DNA of 64,000 nt from Tubiluchus corallicola (Eukaryota; Animalia; Priapulida), in the NCBI GenBank assembly GCA_030141605.1, contig JAQGDQ010000208.1:124001-188000 (forward strand), in the 5' to 3' direction. Below are positions 54,900 through 64,000 of this stretch, piece by piece; within the stretch, counting starts at the first letter, position 1; the number at the start of each line of letters is the position of its first letter. A program made the translations under genes and the position numbers. The notes under the pieces were generated by a model, which was not told where the DNA came from, did no database searches, and saw only the letters and a program-made list of their open reading frames with translations.

Positions 54900-56168
54900 G
54901 AAGCTGCCCATGAATTTAATTCAGTTATAGTGTAAAAAAAACTTTAATAAACATCCACATTGAATAAAGTGCTGTGTTTTATGTTATTTTATCTTTATTC
55001 AACAAAGGTTACACCTCAAATAGGTTACACTTCAAATTATTTCATTCTGTACAGTTTAATGTGTGAGTTTGATTTTGTCTGATGTTATACATTAGTCAGA
55101 GTAATGGATATTAAGTAAAAAAATGCTCAATAGTTTGATTAAGTATTAATAAGAGCATTGCAAATAATATTAAACATGCATGCAAATAACTTGATATATG
55201 CAGTTGGTGAATGAAATGGCACGGACTTATGGTTGCACTATAATTGCTGATTTAAATGTAAGTGCATACCATGCATTATAATTGCAGAACAAAGAGTAAT
55301 AGAGAACAATTCATTGCACTAAAGTAATACTAAATCAATTAAAAATTCATCACATCTTCAAAATTTAATTCCTATCATGTGGACACAGCCTGAAATCTCA
55401 AGGCGTATGACTGGAGACTCAAGGATATCACAGTCGAACTGGTCTAAACACACTTCCTGTGTATGTGTTACAAGCCACATGTCTTTTGAATATTGATTCA
55501 TGGTATTTTCTTGGATTATCTTAGCCTTTCAGTTTGGCATCATCTGAGGTTCACAATTGGATTGTGAATTTCAAAGCCATTCAATTTAATCTGCTAAAAT
55601 TACATATCCCTCAAACCTGCAGGCTGTGCGAAACGCATAATGACCTACACTAAATTGTACTATTCTTGAACCCACATAGAAAAAGGTTATGTTACACTTT
55701 GTATAATTTTGCAATAATTACTTTTTGTGAAAATTCAATAAGAAAATTGATTAGTGTTGATACAGTCATATACTTAAAAAAACTGGGAAAATAATGACTG
55801 AGTCAAGTGTTTATCTGTAAATTTTACAGCCTATGATGAACAAGTTTGTAATATAATATGTTTACTCCATCTGAGACACTTACTTTGCAAGAAGCTTGTT
55901 GTACAAACATTTTATATACTATACTCCCAAAGTGATAAAATCAGTAGCAAATGGTACTGAAGAGCCTGCAATACAGGCTGGCTGGTTCTGGTTTGATTGA
56001 GATTGTTAGTATTTTTGTCAGAAGGTGGCGCGCACAATAGTTTATTTTCTGTGATTACTTGTAAAAAGCGAAGTTCTTGTTATAAAGTTTATTTTACGTT
56101 AGTTTTTGCTAGTTTAATTAATCAAGCAAACAAATAGTGTTTTGTAGTAATTGTTGTCTGTTCAAAAA

Positions 56169-59100
56169 ATGTCTACACCAGCTAGAAGAAGATTAATGAG
56201 GGACTTTAAAAGGTAATTCGATAAAAGTCGTGAAGGTGACTGAGGAGTGAAGACTTCGAATTGCCTCAGCTTGGTCATGCATTGTGCAAGTAGACTGGCC
56301 TACGCAGTTAACTTTCAGTCTTTGCAGGCGCACAGTAGCAGCATAAAAATATGTTTACTCTACCAGTGGTTCTCAGCCAAGGGTGGAATTCCACCCTAAT
56401 GGAAATTTTAAGTTTTAAAAATGGTAGAACTGGGAACACAGATTGGTATATCCACTAGCAAAATTATGCAAATATTCATCTGCTACAAACTACAATTCAA
56501 CAACGTGTACACAGTCTACAAGATAATATCTATTAAAGGTCACACACTAACTTATGAACTATATTTCTTTGCAGTTTAGAAAATCCACCAACATTTTCTA
56601 TTGTATTGCAATTACATTTGCAAGTTTCTGGTTCTGGTTTGTGCAGTGTGGTGTGGTAGCAATTATCGTCCACAAAATGTGAAGTTTACTTAAGTTTAAA
56701 GCTTTTGTCTTAGAACATGCAGTAGTTACAGAATGTTGATTATAAAGATATTGAGAGTAACTATTAGTTATAAACTTCGTGTAAAGTAACGTACCTGCTT
56801 GAAAACTGCATTGAAGTGAAAATGCAGTACCTCAAAGTCAGATTAACGCTTGTGTGGTTTTTATGTTTGTGCCTGATAATTTGTGTGAAAGGATATTTGG
56901 TGACGTCACATCTGGCAAATAAAATGGTTGTCGGGAATAGTTTTTGAACCTGCTGTAGTTTACAGTGCCAAATTACCAATAGTAAACACTTTAGTGACAG
57001 TGTCAAATTGGTAAGATCAAAACAATTTGCCAAGTAAAGACTGCAAAGTGTCAGTCTAGTACTGCTCAACCGGCACATAGGAACCAATGTGGTAAATGCA
57101 CAAAAACAGTAACTAAATCATCATAGGGCCTACAGTGTGAGTATTGCACTGGGTGGTTTCGTATACAGTGTAAGGATGTTTCTGAGGCTGATTACGATCA
57201 TGGGGTGAAGTACTAAGTGGAGTTCCACAAAGATATGCACTCAAACCTGTTTACTTTTTAATCTGTATAAATGATATCGATGATTCTATTCTATTCTGTG
57301 CTATTCTAAAGTTTGCTTAAACACCAGGATTTTCAAAGCAGTGGGTAGTTCTGAAGAAGCCTTCACCATACAAGAGGACTTTGAGCAAAATGTATGAGTG
57401 GTCACTTGAATGGCAGATGCTGTTTAATGTGGTGAAGTGTGAGTGCATCCATTTTGGTTTTAATAATGTGCGTTATGATTACTTTATGGGAGACTTCAGA
57501 TTGGAGAGTACTAATGAAGTTAAAGATTTGGGAGTGTTAATAAATGAGTCGCTAAAGCAGTCAATGTGTGGAAGCAGTCAGGAAGGCTAACAGAATGCTG
57601 GGTATGATAAAAAGGTCTTTTATTAACAGAGACAAAGATGTAATTGTGAAACTGTACAAAACTTTTGTTAGAACACACTTGGATTATTGCAGGCATGGAG
57701 ACTCTATATTTCGAAAGATATTAGATTGCTTGAAGGTGTACAAAAGAGAGCTATAAACTTGATTGAGTGTCCTATTATGCTGAGTTAACATATGAGCAGA
57801 AACTGAAGAGATGCAAATTGATGCCTCTAGAACACCGCCGACTGAGAGCAGATCTGATTAAAGTTTTTAGAATTGTGAATGGACTTGAAGGTCTGAAATA
57901 TAATGACTTTTTTACTGTTAGTAATGACAGTAGAACAAGAGGTCACTCCAAGAAATTAGTGAAGAGAAAGTCTAGACTTGATCTTAGGAAATACAGTTTT
58001 AGCCAAAGGGTTATTAATATCAGGAACTGGTTAACAGAGGAAGCGGTGAGCTCTGCCAGTGTAAATGCTTTCAAGAGCCACTTGGAGGAGTTCTTGAAGA
58101 AGATTGAGGGCACAACACAAGCTTGTCCAAGCTTACATCCCCATTTACCATGGTCACCAATTACATTGCGATTTAGATGAAGTTGGTATAAGTATTGCGG
58201 CAAAAAGAGTGCATTGGACAATGTACTAAACAATCAGACAAGCTAGAAAGAGGGTGAATGATATTCTCACATAGGGTGAAAATGGTGAATGGGGCCAAAA
58301 AGGCTGAGAACCATTGCTCTTAGAGTCTAAGACTTAGACACTTTTCCTGCTGCTAGCGGTTATGGTCGATGGTCGAACAAAATTTAATATTGTTGAGGTG
58401 TTAAGTCTATAAGTCCTTAATGATGTAGTCAATCATTAATGAAGAGCCTATTATAAGAGTCTACGAAGATTGTTGAAATTTGTAAGCTACTAGCTTAACT
58501 TCGTTAACAAGAAAATAATGGGAAAGCCTGGTAGCAGTCACTCTGACAAAGTTTGACTGCCTGTAAACTTTTATGTGCATACCATGTAAATTTTGTAATT
58601 CTTAATGGGTTATAGTTGTGCATGATTTTCAAATTTGGTAATTCAATTACATTCTTTATAGTTGCATTTTGATATTACATTTGGTCCCTCCTTCTCGGTT
58701 TCCTTAATTTTAGCATGCTAGTAGTTTTTCCTTGTTACACTGTGGTCCTAGTAATGTGCAGCCTCACAAAGAGTCTAATGAGATGTTTGTCACGTTTACA
58801 AAACCAACCTATTTGTCAGATCTTTGTTTATGTAAATTACACTTGGCTGTTGTTGATGTTTGCCTAATCATATTATACAGTGATGTTAGGATTTTTTAGA
58901 CTAGCCACATTACATACTCTTGAGAAAAATTTCTCTCTTTGTTGCTTTTACTAACTCTTCATTCATTACTGTCTTTCTCAATTCCTTTACCACTGCCATA
59001 CAAATATACTGCAATCACGACAGTAATGTTTTCAGTCAAACTTACTTCAGCTAAAACCACAAGACTAAAGAACACTAACTAGATGTTGTCCAAGACAAGC

Positions 59101-62100
59101 ATGGCAATGATTCATGTTGGCAAGAAAAATGCTTTTTCCATGAGAGTAATAAACTTTTTGAGGCAGTTCAGGTCTTCCTATTGAAGCAAAATTAAACTAT
59201 TTGACAGCCGAAAAGAGTGCTGCAAAACTGTTTATTTAGTTGCAGTTGAAACACTGGCAGTGAGCAGTGTTATTTTAAGGCTCTGCATATGATTTGTCTT
59301 TAGATTGGTTATGTGATTCCTCAGCAACTGTTGATACATGTCCAGTGTAAACTCTTTCAATTTAGAAATGAAGTAGTCTAGTGTTTGATTGTGCTGCAGT
59401 GTTTCTTGCTGCTCATAAAAGTCGGTATGTATGGGTGCATAAGTTTTTAGTGAATATCAAGTTTTTCTCCGGTTATTAATGCTTGAAATTTTGTAAGTGC
59501 ATTCGTAAAGATGTGATTGATTTTGACATTTTATTTTTCTCCTGCCTTGTAGATTGCAGGAAGATCCGCCAGCTGGCGTTAGTGGTGCACCTACAGACAA
59601 CAACATAATGCTGTGGAATGCTGTTATATTTGGGTAACTTATTGTCTTTCATTATTAATTTATTTGTTTTAATAGTGTTGTCTGATATCTACCAAAATTT
59701 TTTGAATCAGCATATTTGGACAGTATTTATGTGTTTGCATTTTTTAAATTTTTCACTAACTTTTTAGGCCACACGAAACGCCATTTGAGGATGGCACATT
59801 TAAACTCACATTGGAATTTACTGAAGAATATCCAAATAAGCCACCTACAGTTAGATTTATATCAAAAATGTTTCATCCAAATGGTAAGTAACAAAGCAGT
59901 TTTTCTTTTAATCTTGCTGTCAGATCCGTTTGTAATTTTGTCTAATTATCCTTATGTAATAAGGTAGTAAGCAGTAAATAAGCAATTAATATAAATGTAG
60001 CGAACCTAACAAACATACAAGATTAAACACGTTTGGCTTATTGCTTTTTTATTTTTTATTCTACATGCTTTACATGTGGACATTGCAATTAATTATTATA
60101 AAAAATGAATATAATATTAAAGGGATGGTTATAAAGGGTATAAGCTTGCTAGAAACTTGCCACTGGCCCACTGAGGAGTTGAGTTAAAGTGGATTTCCCT
60201 TTGTATCACCAGTTTTTATTCTTTAGATCACTTCTAGTATAAGCGCCCTATTTTGCTAGATAATCTCGTGTAAAATGGTATTTTTTTGTCTTTGTAAGTG
60301 TTTTTTTATGATGTTGTGCTTAATTTCTGTAATTGGTGTGAGTTAAGTCAATAATTTTGACAAAAAAATTTTGCCTGATGTATAGTTCTGTTGATTGTGT
60401 CATGCTGAAATAACAACCGAATCATTGATTTGAACAATATATAAATTTTAGCTACGAAATACCAAACATGTTTAATAGTATAATGTGTGGACTGTAAGTC
60501 TGTGGAGATATAAAATCGCATGAGCGGCACCAGTTTAATATAAAATTTACAAAGAAAATTTCACTTCATGATTAGCATAAAATCAATTTAAGCCTAACTG
60601 AAAGTCAAGTTTACTTTAATTGTATGTACACAAAATTAGTCAAACCGAAATGCTTGTGGCAAATGTAATATATTTCATTTTTTTCAGTTTATGCGGATGG
60701 AAGCATTTGTCTAGATATTCTGCAAAATCGATGGAGTCCTACATATGATGTCTCTGCGATTCTCACTTCTATACAGGTAAAACACATAAGACGTGAAAAT
60801 TCTAAAGCAGAAATAAAATTTAAGAGATTGTTTAAAATACCGTAATCCTGGAAGAGTGTTGTTTGAAAGCCACAGCGTTTCTATTTGGAATAATTTTTTC
60901 AGCTTGAAAAGTTGGACATTAAAACTCTTTTACTTGCCAGTAGATGACACAGTATGTGTTTAAACCCCTCACTATTACTAAATATTCTTTTTCATGCCTG
61001 CAAATCTTGCCGAATGCATAGTTAAATTGCCCGTGTGACCACTTTACTAGAATCATTAAACTAGCAGCATCTGGTATTTTGTATCTAGGGATACAAGAGC
61101 TAGCAAAAAAATAACTCTAAAATCTGTGAGACTATACTTAATTCAGGAGAGTGTAAGCTGAGTGATCAGCTAAGGTATATGCTTAGCTACCAGATTTAAC
61201 GAAAATCTTGCCTGGTTTCAAAATGGTTTCAAAGTGATCATCAGTAAAGTTACATTTGGGTCACATCAGCTGTCAAATTGACCCTGATATTTACGGTACC
61301 TCTTTCAGTGAAAATGTATGTTGAGATGCTGGGGTACCTGTGTAAGTTTGGTGTCTTGTTTTAGAGTGTTATTCTCCACAATAAGCTAGATCCTGGTCCT
61401 ACCGCAGCTGTACGAATTAATTAAATGTATGCTAATTTGTGTCAAGTCCGGGTGTCTCAGATTTGTTTGAAATTCTCTGCTTCATTTTCTTCATTACCTG
61501 TGACAAATACATGCCCAAAGCCAAAAATGCAGGCAGACATTTCTACCTGTAATCATACTGGTGGCCTTTGTATGTATCCACCAAATGCAAGTGCTACATT
61601 TGTATCTTCCAGTAACAGTGTAAGCTGTTAATGTTCTGGATCAACACTGTACTTGTTCATTGATGGTAAGTCCCAAAGAAACTGTAGTTCAAAAAAATAC
61701 AAGAAATTTACTACAGAAAATACATGCACATTTATAAAAGCAAAACTGACAAATGTTAAACCAGTGCATCATACTTTTTCCACCAAGACGAAGACAAAAT
61801 AAAAATAACAGGAATATTGTACTATTGTAGTGCATAATGCTATCAGTAGTGGCATGGTGGTTACATTCCAAAGTTAAAATAACTCTGTTGCCTTGCTCTT
61901 GATATTGAAGTAATAATGCCAACTTGTTCAAACCTGAAAATTCTCACCCTTGTCCCCTTTCACCTACTGCATTACAAAATCTGGCCAAGAAATACTACTT
62001 AATTGCACCTTATTACTTACTCAGTGGTGTATTGATATTTTGGCAACTCCATTAGCATAGGCAACAGAACATCTGAACATGATCACCAATATGAATCCTG

Positions 62101-63041
62101 CTTTGACCAGAGTAGGAGCAGGGTCAGAGCCAAGTAAGTCAGTAGTGTGAGTGGTGTTGGCAAAGAATGTGGCTATGGTATACGTAACAGTAACCACAGT
62201 TCTAAAAATTACTCGGCATTTAGGCTATTCTTTAAGAACTGATCTTTTTTAAACAGCTTTGCGGATGCAGTGGGTAGTCATTGTTATTACATTAATGTTA
62301 GCTGCTTTAAAAAGCCACTGTGTTTGTGTAGCCAAGTCCAAAGACTTTTTTAATTGTTGTAAATCCTTTTAAACATATATAAGGCCTATTCTTACATGTG
62401 GCAAGTCTGAACAAGTGCATTTTAACTAAAAGCTAGCTAAGATGCATGCATGTGTAGTTGGAAGAGAGATTCCAGCAGTCCAGTCATACTGCATTTATGT
62501 ACAATGTGATTGTAGATGTTATGAGCTGCTTTTATAAATAATATGTATCACTCTATTGTACATAAAAGGCACTAACATATTACGGCAATGTTGCAGGATA
62601 TAAGCAATTATGTTTTTTTCTGAGAATTTAGCACTTCTGTTCTACATTACCAACTGACTAAACTTAATTTTAGATTGTGATCCTGTCTATTAACTTTATT
62701 TTTCTAGCTGCAAGAGCTTTATACTTGCGATTTAATTAAGAAGATATCAAGTCTTTTTGACATGGCAGTGCGTGCTCATAAATATAAAGATATTGAAAAT
62801 TCTGCAAACTGCTTCCTATGCTTATATATGCTTATGTATTAATCTTTTTTTAAATTTCTTTCAGTCACTACTAGATGAGCCAAATCCCAATAGTCCAGCA
62901 AACAGCTTAGCTGCTCAGCTTTATCAGGAAAACAAGAGGGAGTATGAGAAAAGGGTAGCTACAATTGTCGAGCAGAGCTGGGTGAGTTTTTATGACGAAG
63001 AAGATGGGGTAGAGAAAAGTGAGCAAGATGCAACCAGTTAG
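56169..63041 (+). CDS. UBE2A: Ubiquitin-conjugating enzyme E2 of the RAD6 (UBE2A/B) family, 168 aa
   Basis: Exons 56169-56212 ([15 protein letters not shown]), 59553-59633, 59768-59883 (FHPN), 60688-60776 ([22 protein letters not shown], catalytic Cys), 62865-63041 ([31 protein letters not shown]). 507 nt in total. Confidence 0.98.
56364..58316. mobile_element. hAT (Charlie/Buster-like) non-autonomous element in UBE2A intron 1, containing a nested LINE fragment
   Basis: cagtggttctcagcc (56364) and ggctgagaaccattg (ending 58316) form 14/15-identical TIRs. The flanks (tactctac / ctcttaga) are only a degenerate TSD. Confidence 0.65.
57170..58200 (+). mobile_element. 5'-truncated, decayed CR1-clade LINE (RT C-terminal half)
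   Basis: SGVPQ..INDID..KFA remnants, [72 protein letters not shown] and [13 protein letters not shown] are classic CR1 ORF2 motifs, here frameshifted. Confidence 0.92.
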
Positions 63042-64000
63042 GATTTTTAGCCTCGGTGTCTTACATATTTATTTCTAGATAAATAATGTATAGCAACGTT
63101 TGCTGTGATTCCGCATAGTGCGATTTGTAAAAAAAACTATTTTGGTGCAATTGATGTAATTACGACGAATAATGACTTGCTGTTTCTCGATTCAGTGGTT
63201 TTAATTTAGGTTTTGCACCTTGCTTATATACTTGACTTGTGTAAGGCAAATATGCTATTTTTGCTTTAATTTTAAGAGTGAGTGTTTTCCTCTGTGAGCT
63301 GTTCCCCTTAGCAGTGTGAAAAAACAGGTTTAGTCTTTTAAAACTAATTTATTATTTTTCTTCATTTGACATGCTATGGTTAATAAGTAGTGATCCTTAC
63401 ATTATCAAATTTGATTTGATTTTTGTACATGCAAAATCTGTTGTTGTTACACAGAGCTGGTTAATCTTTACTTCACCACTATCTCATAATCCCTTCTTAC
63501 TGTTCTCAATAGATGTCACCATGTTATGCACATTACGCTGTTTCTAGCACTGTTTACAGGGTAGGTTCACCATCTAGCTATTAAAATTAATATTAAACTA
63601 ACAAATTATTATCCATTTATATGATGTCGTTAAAAAACTTATTCATGGTCAGTGTGCCATATTCATGCATGTGGCCATACTTTATCGTATATAAGCTATA
63701 GATAGAAATGCCCATATGCACTACAAAACATCTATGATGTAATACATATTCTTTAAGTTTTCCTGGTCTCTGCAAAACACCGATGATGTGATACAAATAC
63801 TTTAAGTTTTTGCTGGTATTGGCTGTAAAGTTTTCTCTGACTGGAATTTCCAAGCTACATAATATTTAAACTCAATGTACTGTGCCATTGAGAATTGGGT
63901 AATCCACTAATGTTTATAACAAAAATGTCTTATTTGCCGGTAAATCTTATGTGGTGTTACTTTGCATACACAAGTACCAAAAAAACATTATGATATGTTT

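Overview
AT-rich, intron-rich genomic DNA from an invertebrate animal (probably a protostome; the lineage cannot be fixed from this window). Most short ORFs in the supplied track are spurious or are exon fragments. Manual splicing (all GT-AG, phases consistent) gives six genes. (1) A 5'-truncated adhesion-type (class B2) GPCR, ...EGF-CTL-EGF-TSP1-TSP1-EGF-7TM, at 2716-18601 (+). (2) Its tandem paralogue, SP-TSP1-TSP1-EGF-7TM, about 521 aa, at 20060-36619 (+). (3) An intronless 1073-aa DB/FN3/Ig single-pass receptor nested antisense in an intron of paralogue 2, at 26240-29461 (-). (4) EI24 at 37701-46637 (-). (5) RPS25 at 50167-54899 (+), with a TOP/TCT start. (6) UBE2A/RAD6 at 56169-63041 (+), with an acidic tail. 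Introns hold decayed LINEs, several MITE classes and microsatellites. The main point of interest is that both receptors have a typical adhesion-GPCR 7TM but no GAIN/GPS/Stachel, and receptor A has no intronic room to encode one. One copy also hosts a probable retrogene for a cell-surface adhesion protein.
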